Shown here: positions 1 through 12,416 of the stretch, piece by piece
How positions within the stretch are numbered: the stretch's first letter is position 1
Layout: the number at the start of each line of letters is the position of its first letter
Assembly: GCA_050613775.1 (NCBI GenBank)
Contig: JBODTK010000114.1
Coordinates: 248,001-312,000, forward strand
DNA from: Neocallimastix sp. 'constans'
Lineage: Eukaryota
Direction: 5' to 3'
DNA: 64,000 nt
Position numbers and translations under genes: made by a program
Notes under the pieces: model-generated
Seen by the model: the letters and a program-made list of their open reading frames with translations, nothing else
What the model was told of the DNA's origin: nothing
Database searches by the model: none

Positions 1-782
1 GTTATAATAAAAATAAATAAATGAATAAAATAAATAAAAAGAATATATATAGTATATATTATATAATGTAATATAATATATTATAAAATTAAACAAATGA
101 AAAAAAATCGTAAATTTTATATTTAATACTATTTTTTTTTTTTTTATTAAATTTTTTCTTTGCGTTTTTTTATTTTATCTAAGGATAAATAATAATCATT
201 ACTTGGAGTAAAAAAAATTATAATAATTTGTTTATACCTTATAATTTAATATCATTCTTTTTAATACCTGGTAAGTAATAGATAAATAAAAAGAGAAAAA
301 GAAAAAGAAAAAAAAGGGAACATAGGAAAAAATATAAATATAATAATAAAAAAAAAAAGCAATAAAATTTATAAATAGTATTTTTTTTTTCGAGAAAAAA
401 TAATACATGGTATATAAATAATTTAATCACACCAATGTATATAATGGAGTGTGTTCAATTGATATATATATATATAAAACGATAAATATAAAAAAAGTAT
501 TAATATTAAATGATATTATTGTTACTTCTAATAGTATTATTAATAAAGATTAATTTTTATATAAAAAATAATATGTATATTTTTATTTTTATTTTTATTT
601 AATATTATTCTTACTCATATTTGATATTAAAAATGATTAAATTAAAAATAATATATTAATATAATTATTTTTTTTTAATTTATTTTGTATTTTATAATTA
701 TAATTTTATTTTTATTTTTATTTTTTTTTTATATATTAAATATAAATAATTCAAACATAAAAATAAAAAATATAGAACAAAA

Positions 783-3437
783 ATGATTGGAATGAAGGCT
801 CAAAACGTTGGTATTGTTGCTATGGAAATCTACTTCCCAAAACAAGTAATTTTTATAATCAAATTATGTTTTTATAATGAATAATTATAATCATGAATAG
901 AAAAAACAAGGAATAATAAAATAAAAATAAAAAATCAGGATTTATTTATTATTTTAAAATTATAAGTGATGTTATGGAAACTTTTTTTTTTTTTTTTTTT
1001 TTTTACTTTGTTTTAATATAAAATTTATAAAATATTAACTTTTTTACTATATATTATTAATAAAAATATGTTTTATTTTAATTCAATTTTAATAAAATAA
1101 ATATAGTATGTTGATCAAGCACAATTAGGTAAAAATTTATTATAATAGAAGAATTTAATTTATATATATATAACAATTCAAATGAATAAATTTGTGTTAT
1201 TAAATGTAACAAAAATAATGATTATTTTTATAAATTTTAAATTATTATTATAGAAATTTTCGATGGTGCTTCTACTGGTAAATATACCATTGGTTTAGGT
1301 CAAACCAGAATGGCTTTCTGTGATGACAGAGAAGATATTAACTCTGTTTGTTTAACTGGTAAATAATAAATAATTCATAAATTATATATATGTTGAACAT
1401 AATAATTATTAAAAAAATAATTAATATTTAAAATATTACTTTTAATATTATTATAAATATTATTAATTTTTTTATTTTTTTTATTTTTTTAATTTTTTTT
1501 TATTTTATAATTTGTATATATATATTATATATTTATAAATCATTTTAAAAATAATTTATTATTGTAATATTCTTATTCTTAATTTAATAAATTAATATAA
1601 AATACATTAGTTGTAAGAAATTTAATGGAAAAATACAATGTTGACTATAATCAAGTTGGTAGATTAGAAGTTGGTACTGAAACTATCATTGATAAATCCA
1701 AATCTGTTAAATCTACTTTAATGCAACTTTTCACTCAATCAGGTAACACCGATATTGAAGGTATTGATACTACTAACGCTTGTTATGGTGGTACAAATGC
1801 TTTGTTTAATACCATTAACTGGATGGAATCCACTTCTTGGGATGGTCGTTATGGCTTAGTTGTTGCTGGTGATATTGCAGTTTACGCTTCTGGTAATGCT
1901 AGACCAACTGGTGGTTGTGGTGTTTGTGCTTTATTAATTGGTCCAGATGCTCCAATTGTTATGGAACAAGGTTAGAAATTTATTTTTTTTTTAAATTATT
2001 TTCTAAAGTATAAAAAATTTTAACTAAATAAATAATAGTATTAAATTTTAAAATAAAAATAGATTAGTTTTTTTTTTTTTTGTATATATATAAATAAATA
2101 TATAATTTAATTTGAATGAAGAATAAAAATGAATATATATTTATATATTAGACATAAAGTATAATAAAATTTAAATTATATAATTAATAATAAATAAATA
2201 AAAAAAAAAAAAAAAAAGGCATTATAATTAATGTATAAATTATATAATTTATAATAAATAATTAAAAATAATTAAAAAAAGGCATTAGATCTACTCATAT
2301 GGAAGATGTTTATGATTTCTACAAGCCAGATCTAGCTTCTGAATTCCCATATGTTGATGGTCACTTATCAAATGTTTGTTATTTAAAATCTGTAGATATT
2401 TGTTACAACAGATACATTGAAAAGGTTCAAAAGCGTTATGGTGAAAAGATTGATATTGAAACTGTACCATACTTTGTTTTCCACACTCCTTACTCTAAGT
2501 TAGTTCAAAAATCTTTCGCTAGATTAGTAAGTTTATATATAATTATATTAATAATAATGACAATAATAATATTTATTTAATATTTATTAATTATCACTTC
2601 ATTAATATATTAATTATTCCTATTTTAATTTTTTATATCTAAAAATTTTATAAAATATTTAATTATATATTATATACATAATAAATAATATTATTTAATA
2701 GGCCTTCAACGATTTCCTTAAAGATCAAGAAAATCCAAAATACGCTGGTTTAGAAGCTCACAAAGGTAAGACTTTAGAAGGTACTTACTATGATAAACCT
2801 CTTGAAAAGGCTTTTATGGCTTACACTAAGGAAAAGTTCCAAAAGAAGGTTATTCCTTCATTATATATTCCAAAGAACTGTGGTAATATGTACTGTGGAT
2901 CCGTTTACAGTTCCTTAATTTCTTTAGTATCACAAGTTCCATCTGAAGATTTAGTAAGTTTTCAAGAAGAAAAAAGAAAATAAATAATAAATATTAATTA
3001 AAATATTTAATTAAATATATATATTTTTTAAAGAAAATTAACATCTAAAAATAGTAATAATAATTAATTTATATAATGTTATTTTTTATTTATTTAAATA
3101 TGTATTTATTTTATATATTTATTAATTTATATTATATCAATAGTTGAATAAAAGAGTTGTTCTCTTCTCTTACGGTTCTGGTTTAGCTGCTTCTATGTTC
3201 TCATTCAAGATTAAGAAGTCCACTGCTGAAATTGCTAAGACTTTAAATATTAATGAAAGATTAGAAAGCAGAAATGAATTTAAACCAGAAGATTTTGAAA
3301 AGACTATGTCCTTAAGAGAAAAGACATACCAACTTAAAGATTATACTCCTGTTAGTACTGCTGAAATGTTCCCAGGTACTTACTACCTTAAACATATTGA
3401 TGAATTATACCGCAGAACTTATGAAATATACCAATAA
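783..3437 (+). CDS. ERG13: Hydroxymethylglutaryl-CoA synthase, 7 exons (783-845, 1107-1128, 1254-1358, 1611-1970, 2282-2526, 2702-2953, 3144-3437)
   Basis: Manual splicing at GT..AG gives a continuous frame: [45 protein letters not shown]...[19 protein letters not shown]...NACYGGT (catalytic Cys)...[13 protein letters not shown]...[13 protein letters not shown]...[13 protein letters not shown]. These are HMG-CoA synthase hallmarks. Confidence 0.97.
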
Positions 3438-4462
3438 ATATGATATATCTTTTTTTCTGAAAAATAATTTATCAATTTTATTTTTATTTTTTTTTTTTTT
3501 TTTTTCAAAAAGAAAAAAAAAATTTTTTTTACATTCATTTATTATCTCTTTCTATTAAAATAATAATATAAAATAAAATAATTAATAATCTATATATTAG
3601 AAATAAAGATAAAAATAATGTAGATGATTTTAAAAGATAAATACAAATATATATAAAATATATATAAATTTTTTTCATTTTTAACTTTGAATTAATTGAT
3701 AAAAATTAAAAATATATTTAAGCACAAACAATAATTCATTAATAATTCCATATTTTATTTAATAAAAATTTTTATTTATTATTAAATAATAAATAATAAT
3801 AATAATAATAATAATAAAAAGCATTGAGCATTGAACATAATCAAAAAATTATAAAAATCATTATAAAAATAAAATAAACTAAAATACAATAATATAAATA
3901 TATATAAAAGATGGAAATTATATAATAATTTATATATATAAAAAAGATAAAAAAAAAATTGTAATAACAATTTATTAATCATATTTAATAGATAGAAAAA
4001 AAAAAAAAAAAAGTTCAAAAGTAATGAAAAAATAATTTAAAAAAAAAAAAAAAAAAAAGGATTTTAAATAATATATATATATATAAAGTCCATTCTATAT
4101 AAATTATACATTTATAAATCAATAATTCATTGAAGAAAATAAAAAAATGTATATATGTAATTATATATATTATTGTTTAAATAATAAATAAAATTTTAAT
4201 AAATTAATAAAAAAAAAAATTAACAAAAAAAAAAAAAAAACTACAAAAAGGTTTTTTTATATTTATATATTTATAAAAGTTAATATATTTATAAAATGTG
4301 GTGTTTGTGGATATGGAAAAATATGTTAATTATTAAATATTTTTTATATTAAAATTTTAGTTATAAATAATTATTGTTATATATATTTAATTAAAAAAAG
4401 GAAATAATTTAAAAATGTATATATATTGTCAAAAAAAATATTGTCAAAATATGAAATAAATA

Positions 4463-4493
<31 letters not shown>

Positions 4494-4762
4494 ATAATTA
4501 ATTAATATATATATATATACCTTTTGTTTTTTATTATGTTTTTTAAATAATTTTTAATTCATATGTGGGGTAAATTTAGATTTATTTTTTATTTTTATTT
4601 TTATTTTTATTTTTATTCTTTGTTACAAAAGGAATAAAAAAAAAATCAAAATCTACCCCACATATTAATTAAAAATTATTTAAAAAACATAATAAAAAAC
4701 AAAAGGTATATATATATATATTAATTAATTATTAAATTTAAAAAAAAAAAAAAAAAAAAAAA
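4463..4762. repeat. ~300 bp near-perfect palindrome / foldback (MITE-like)
   Basis: The left arm T(n)aaatttaataattaattaatatatatatatatacctt...atatgtggggtaaattt is the reverse complement of the right arm aaaatctaccccacatat...aaggtatatatatatatattaattaattattaaatttA(n). The centre also pairs (ttttattc-tttgt/acaaa-aggaataaaa) around ~4624. Confidence 0.9.
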
Positions 4763-4929
4763 GAATATTATAAATAAAAATGAAAATAAAAAAAAATTGT
4801 CACGTCACAATATTAATAAATAATGATTTAGTTTATTTTAATGTTATTATATTTATTTTTAAATATACTTCATCTATATATATATATGTATGTATTATTT
4901 TTTTTTTTTGAAAACTCTCCAAAGAGGTC

Positions 4930-4966
<37 letters not shown>

Positions 4967-6391
4967 TTTAAATATTTATAATTAATTTTTGAATAATTAT
5001 AAAATAATAAATAAAATAAATTATTTATGGAAGATAGTAATTTTAAAAATAAAAATTAAATATATAATATATATATTTAATACTTTTTTTTTTCTTAAAA
5101 ATTTTTTTAAATTAATAAAGTAGAAAAAAAAAATTCATTTTTTTATTATTATTATTATCATTATTTATTTATTAAAAACTGATAATATTATATATATATA
5201 TAAAATATAAAATAAGTAAAAAAATTTTAAAATAAATCTTTCAACCCTAGCATTTCTCAATAAAATTACTTTAAAATAAGACGTTTTATAAAAAATATAA
5301 AAATTTTTATTTATTTATTTTTTTTACCTTAATTATTTTTAATGATTTTTTAATTTTTTATTTATTTATTTTATTTATTTATTTACTATTTAGTATAAAT
5401 CTAAAAAACTCTAAAAACCTAAAAAAAAAATCACAATTTATTTTTATTTTATCCACAAAAAGATAAAATTTTCAAATTTATTTATTTATTTTTTTATAAA
5501 GTAGATTTGATCTAATTATTTATCTGTGTAACATATAGATTAGACATAAAAAATTTTTTTCATATGGATAAATAAAAAAGTATTGAAAATGATAAAAAAA
5601 ATGAATATAAATAATGCATTTATTTTTTTTTTTTTTTTTATTTTTTTTTTAATTTTATTTTATTATATTAATATTTACAGTATTATGCTATTTTAAAAAA
5701 GTAATTTTATTTTTATTAATTACTTTTCTATATTATTCTTTTTATTTTAGTTTAGGTTAGTTTTGTTTATTTATTATTATTACAATTTTATAATACTTCA
5801 CCATTTAATTAAATTATTAATTTATTTTTATTTCTTCACTAATAATTATATAATAAGAAATTTACTAGAGAGAGAATTATTAAAAGTTTTAAAAACTAAA
5901 GAAGTTACTACTACTGAATTATTAAGAATTTAAAATTAAAAAAAAAAATATAAATAAAATTAATAATATTTTGACAAAAATTTTTATTTATTTATTTTGT
6001 TATTTATTTTATTTATTTTTTTTTTTTTTTAACTATATTATATTATAATTATGATAAGTCTATTCACAAATAGTAAATGATGAATTAACTAATATTAATT
6101 TAGAATTTTTAATTTGGTATTTTAAGCTTTCCTTTTTGTGTAAAGTTATGAATAAAGCGTACATTAGAAGTAATAAATTTTTTTTTAAAAAAAAAAAAAA
6201 AATTGTCCTAAATTATTATTGTGTCTTTAAAGCTATTTCATTCCATCAAAGTGTATAAGGTATTTCATTCCTTTAAATTACAAATAGAGAAAACTCTTGT
6301 AATTTAAAGTATATACTTTAAATCTATTTTTTTCTTTTTTTCTTTATTATTATTATTTTTTTTTACTGATTACTATAATTATTTAAATAAT

Positions 6392-6427
<36 letters not shown>

Positions 6428-7004
6428 AAATAAATTTTGAATGATTATAGCATTTATTTATGTGTATTAAAAATTTTGAAAAGGATTTATAGTTAATAAA
6501 TCATAAAGTTATTAATTTTTTTTTCTTTATAATTAAGATATTATTTTTATTTAATATATTATATATAAATATGAAAGTTTATATATTTTATTTTTATTAA
6601 TACTATACTATTTTATTTTTTATTATTTTACTTTTAATATTAAGATATTTTTAATCTTTTTTTTTTTTTTTTTATTTAAAAGTTTAAAAAATTAATCTTG
6701 AAGTTTAAAAAAAATGTAGATTAACTGTTATTTTATTTTTTTTTACAATTTTATTTTTTCTTTAAATATTTAAAAAAAAAATAAATAAACATAAAAAAAA
6801 AAAATAAATAAATAAATAATTAATTAAATTTATTACAATTATTTATTTCTATTTTACATTAATAATTTGAAATTAATATAATTTACATTTCAATTTTTTA
6901 TATTTTTTTTTAATACTTCCTTCTACTTTGTTTAATTATTTTGAAGATAAACATAACAGTATAGAAATTGAAAAAAAATAAAAGATAGAGAGAATTAGAT
7001 TAGT

Positions 7005-7006
<2 letters not shown>

Positions 7007-7085
<79 letters not shown>
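7007..7085. repeat. (AAT)n microsatellite
   Basis: Direct reading of the sequence. Confidence 0.95.
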
Positions 7086-7156
7086 TAAATAATATACATA
7101 ATAAAATAAATTATTTCATAAAAAAAAATAATTAAGTTATTACACTTAATTAAAAA

Positions 7157-7720
7157 ATGAACTATATTGGACCAATGTTTAATAAAAGATTAAGAATTTT
7201 TAGAAAACGTATCAAAAATTGGCAGATTAGTCTTGAAATGGAAAATTTCTACAAAAGAAATACACCATTGCAGTATAGTTCATTTAGATTTATTATTGAT
7301 TTTATTATGAAACCCCATATTAGAGATCCTTTTTTTAATTCAGATATTGAACAACCAAAGAACTTCCAACTAATGAACTTCCAACCATTGAAATTGGTAA
7401 TAGGAGAAGAAAATGATGAAAGAAGAAATAGTAAAAAAATTGAAGTACCTTTAACCTTTTCCTTAGGAATTCCAGACGAAGCAAATATATATTTAATTAA
7501 AATAAAATATATCATAACTCAACATGATTTTAATGATGGAGATATCCTTAGTAAATTAGAAAATAAAGAGGGCATTAGTGGAAAAATTAATTTGAATTGA
7601 GAAAAAGTAACGATTGAAGATTTGGGAAATTATCATGAAGTTATTAATTTAATTTTAAATATTAATGTTCAGTACAATGAATATTCTTATTTATTGGTGT
7701 TTATATTAAAATCATCATAA
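7157..7720 (+). pseudogene. Intronless orphan ORF: 147 aa to the TGA at 7598-7600, frame open 39 more codons to the TAA at 7718-7720; function unknown
   Basis: Coding-like composition, unlike the flanks. After the TGA the same frame reads EKVTIEDLGNYHEVINLILNINVQYNEYSYLLVFILKSS*. I recognise no domain. Confidence 0.5.
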
Positions 7721-8290
7721 GTGTATATTTAGTTCATTTTTTGAATTTAAAATTTTTGCTACTGATACGGATTTTAACAAAAATATGTTAATTTAGCAAG
7801 GTTAAATTATAAAATAATAACTTCTAATAAAAGATAAAAAATAGTAATTACACCAAAAAAATATAAAATAGAGTATATAAAAATTATTTGTTTATTAAAG
7901 TTGTTTTATTAAAATAATTATTAACAAAATAAATTTATATTAATAAATTTATTTTATATATTTATATTAAAACTAGTATAAAGTGTTATATTCCTCTGAA
8001 TAATTTACGCTTTAATTTCTATATGATTATTTTTACATCTAAAACTATCCTTTTACCTAAGATATTTAGATTTATTTTCTAATCTATTCCTAATCTATTT
8101 CTAATTATTTCCTAATTATTTCCCTATTTAATTCCTAAATTTACTCTTTTTTTTATTTACTTTTTTTTTTTTCTTTTGATTTTTAAATTATTTTATTATT
8201 TTATATATTGAATTTCAATGGTGAATTATACATTACTAATTTATTACTGATTTCTTTTCATGATAATTAATATAATTTATTTAGTTAATC

Positions 8291-8548
8291 TTTATAATTC
8301 TTATCTAATTTTATTTTGTTATTTAATTAATTTAGTTGGAACCCGTATCACTATATACATAAATATAATATATATATATATATATATATATTTATATTTT
8401 TTTTTTATTTTTATTTTATTTTATAATTCTTATCTAATTTTTTTTTGTTATTTAATTAATTTAGTTGGAACCCGTATCACTATATACATAAATATATAAT
8501 ATATATATATATATATTTATATTTTTTTTTTATTTTTATTTTATTTTA
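8291..8548. repeat. Tandem duplication, ~129 bp unit x2
   Basis: tttataattcttatctaatt...tttagttggaacccgtatcactatatacataaatataat... starts at 8291 and again at 8420. Confidence 0.92.
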
Positions 8549-8916
8549 TTATATTAATATTTATAGTATTATGCTCTTTTAATTTTTTATTTTTATTAAT
8601 TACTATACTATTTTATTTTATTCTATATTATTTAGCTATAAAGATATAGTTAAATATTAAAAAATTTTTAATATTTAATAAATAATAAAATAATTATTTA
8701 TTATGTTTAATTATAAAATTATATTTAATTAAAAAAATATACGTTAATATTCTGTAAAATGTAATAAAATTATTATGTGTAATATTTAATCATAAAAATA
8801 CATTTAATTATAAAGGTATATTTTAATATTTTGTAAAATAGTAATAAAATAATTATATATAATATTTTATTATAAAAATATTTTATTATTCATTATTTAT
8901 CAATTATTAATTAATT

Positions 8917-8958
<42 letters not shown>

Positions 8959-9137
8959 ATAGATATCTGTAAAGATATTTATGAAAAAAATTATTTTTAA
9001 TATTTAAATAATTACTTATAAAATATAAATACATCAATATTAATTTAATTTTATTTATTTATTTATTTATTTATTTTATTTAATAATTTTCATTAGGCGA
9101 AATGCAATCTGGAAAAATGCAACTTGACGAAATGCCC

Positions 9138-9287
9138 CACTCGGAGAAGTAGTACAAGAAAAATTTTCAGCAATAATATGCATGCCAGAGCGTCAATGCT
9201 GAAACGCTCAGTAAGGTTGTCCAGTAGGGACAATTCTGCCGTAATAAAAAGGAAGTGTGTGATAAAACCAAGGGCAGTATACACTTG

Positions 9288-9331
<44 letters not shown>
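9138..9331 (+). mobile_element. Poly(A)-tailed dispersed repeat, copy A (SINE-like / 5'-truncated LINE 3' end)
   Basis: Shares cactcggagaagtagtac..gaaaaatt..agcaataatatgcatgccagagcg...ccagtagggacaatt...aaacc.agggc.gta.acac..gaaat + poly(A) with copy C at ~17.2 kb. It lacks the internal segment ending in gaggggg. Confidence 0.75.
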
Positions 9332-9333
<2 letters not shown>

Positions 9334-12300
9334 TTTTATATTTATTTATATCTATAACTATTGCTATATATGCTATATATTATATTAAAATGAAAAAAAA
9401 AAAATTGTTTATTTTTTTTTTTTTTTTTTTTTTTGTTATTTTTAAATTTAATAAAAAGAAAAAATTAATATATTTATAGTATATATTTCAGTTATATATT
9501 TAACCACCATAAAGAAAATATATATTAATATATATATATAAAATCATCATAAAAGTCATCATTATCATTAGTTCATCTTGGCAAGATAATAATAAAAATA
9601 AAAAAAAAAATTACTATTTTTTTTTTTTTTATTATTTTATAAATAATTATAATAATAATAGTAATAAAATTAAAATTTAATCCTAAAAAGTTTCATTAAT
9701 GGATATATTATAAGAAATTGATTTCTCCATTATAACATAAAAAGATGGAATTTAATGTATATATAGAGGAAATAAATAAATCATAATGTAAAAAAAAAAA
9801 AAAAATTTAAGAAAATCCAAACATAACAATATTATTAATAATGATTAATAATAATAAAAAAATTTTTTTTTTTTGAAAAACAAAAGAATATTTTTAAATA
9901 ATATATTCAAATCCTTCAACAGAATCTATATTACTATTTTTTTATTTTAATTTATTTTATTTTTTAATTAAAAAGTATTTTATAAGAAAATGTATAATTT
10001 TTTAATGTTTAAAAAATAAAAAATATTTTTATTTAATTATTTATTATGAATAAATTGATACTATTTATTCAATTTTTTTTTAATTATGAAGCGATTAAAA
10101 AAATATCATTATTTTTTAAAAATAAAATATATAATTATTTTATATTCATATTAAATTGCTTATATATTTAATTATATGTATATAATTATTTATATTTAAT
10201 TATTTTTATTTATATTTAATTATTTTTATTTATATTTAATTATTTATTATTAATTTTTATTATTTAATCATTTATTATAAATAAATTAATATTAATTATT
10301 CAGTGTCTTTTTACAAAATGATTGAATGATTAAGAAAATATTTTATTTTTTAAAAATAAACATTAATTTAGATATAATTATCAATTACTGATAATAAATG
10401 ATATTTAAATGAATAAAAAGTTCTAAACGAGATTTAATTTTTTTTTTCTAATAGTTTATTACTCTATATTAATATATTACTTTATAAAAATGATTACACA
10501 TTTATATTTATTTCTAAACCTGATTATAATTTATTTATCTTAAATTGTATTAAAATATTAAAAATTTTATTGTATTAAATTGCAAAATATAAAAGCTACA
10601 TTATGAAATACAACTTTCCAAATGTAACTTTTGAAATTTCGAAATACAACACATTCATATTTATTTATTTATTTATTTACTTATTTATTTATTTACTTAT
10701 TTATTTATTTATTTATTTGCTTATTTATTTATTTATTTACTTATTTATTTATTTATTTATTTATGATAAATTATGTTTTTGACAAGCCACATTGTCAAAT
10801 GAAACACATTCACAAATTTATTAGAAAATATGGATTAGGTAGTTGTAATAAAATTGATAACATATAATATATATAATTTTTTAAATGTCTTTTTTAGATC
10901 TTTATATGCTTTTTTAAAATTTTTAATTTATTTTTTTTTTTTTTTTATTTTCTTTTTTTTTTTTTTTTTTTTATATTTAATTTTTATTTCATTAAATTAC
11001 ATCATATATTTAATTTAAATTTTAATTAAAAATAAAGTTTATTTTAAACATTTTTTAAAATTTTTATAGGATTTGTCATTTTTTTCTCTTTGAATAGAAA
11101 TCTATTGTGCCATAATTTTAATAAAAAGTCTATTTTCATAATGACTAGATTTATAATTAAAATTTTTCAAATATTTTTTTTTTTATTATTATTATTTAAT
11201 TTTTAACACATAGAAGATCATTCATTTTTCTTTTTTTCTAATAGATAATATATAATAAAGTTTTTTTTTAATTTTAATAATAAATAAAAAAAAATTGAAA
11301 TAAAATGGTATTATATTACTATTAATACGTTATTTGACTTTTATTTTATTTACTATATTTTAATTTTCTTCTTTTTATTATAATTATTATGAATAGAAAA
11401 AATGAGTAAAATCCATCTCATTTTTGTCATTGTTTACTATTAATATAATTATGATTTTATTAATATATAAAATTAAAATTTAAATTATTTAAATTTGTAA
11501 AAATATTCATAATTGATTTTTATAAACTTTATTTATTATTAAAAATAATTACAATCAAAAAAAAAAAAAAAAAAATTTTTTTTATTTTATACACTCTTAT
11601 TGATATAAAATGAAATATTCAAACATTATTAATTTTATTATTATTCAAGTATATATTAATGTCATCAAATCAAATTAAAATTTGATTTCTAAATTAATTA
11701 TAATTAATAAAATAAGAAATAATAAATTTTATAGCATAAATCTATGCTTTAAATTATATTCTTATTTATATTTATCTTTAGAGAGTTATTAAATATTTCC
11801 TTAAATAATAATTATTAATATTTATAATACTTTCACATATAAACACAGTAAATAGTTTATTTTAATCCCAAGAACAACTAGTTAAATAGAAAATTATAAA
11901 TAAATAGAATAAAAATAAAACTTTTCTCTGAATTAGGAGAAGTGTGTAAGAAAGATGTTCGTTTTAAATGGATAATCAAGTATAATTATTTTTACTTTAA
12001 TAAATATTTGTAATCATAATAATAAAATTAAATAAATAATCTATTAATGCTTTAATAAATTTAATACATTAATCCCAACAATACTTTTTCGAACCAGGGT
12101 TATATCATTATTTAATGATTTTATATATTTATATTAAGAATAGAGATATAAAAAGGAAAAAAAAATATTAAAAAAAGAAATTCTATTATATTTTTTTTAT
12201 TATGTTTTTTAATATTATTAATATCTAAAAAAAAAATAAAAAAAAAATAAGTTATTATTAGTTAATGATACATTATGAAACCATAACAAAATCAATCAAA

Positions 12301-12416
12301 TACTAAAATTGTAATTTCATATAACAAATTTTTTTTTTTTTTTTTTGTTATTATTATTATTATTACTACAATTAGTTATATATATTTATATACATAATTT
12401 TTTTTTTTTTTTTTTT

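Noticed and set aside
239..430. Short hydrophobic or Lys-rich intergenic ORFs (also 3782, 8260, 9255, 10631, 20242, 54634, 59757, 60615, 61011)
   Set aside because: They derive from poly-A/T and simple repeats and have no coding-like composition.
9093..9284. Similar short minus-strand ORFs at 9093-9284 and 17170-17376 as a small-protein family
   Set aside because: They are antisense translations of the dispersed repeat. The frame is not kept in copies B and D.
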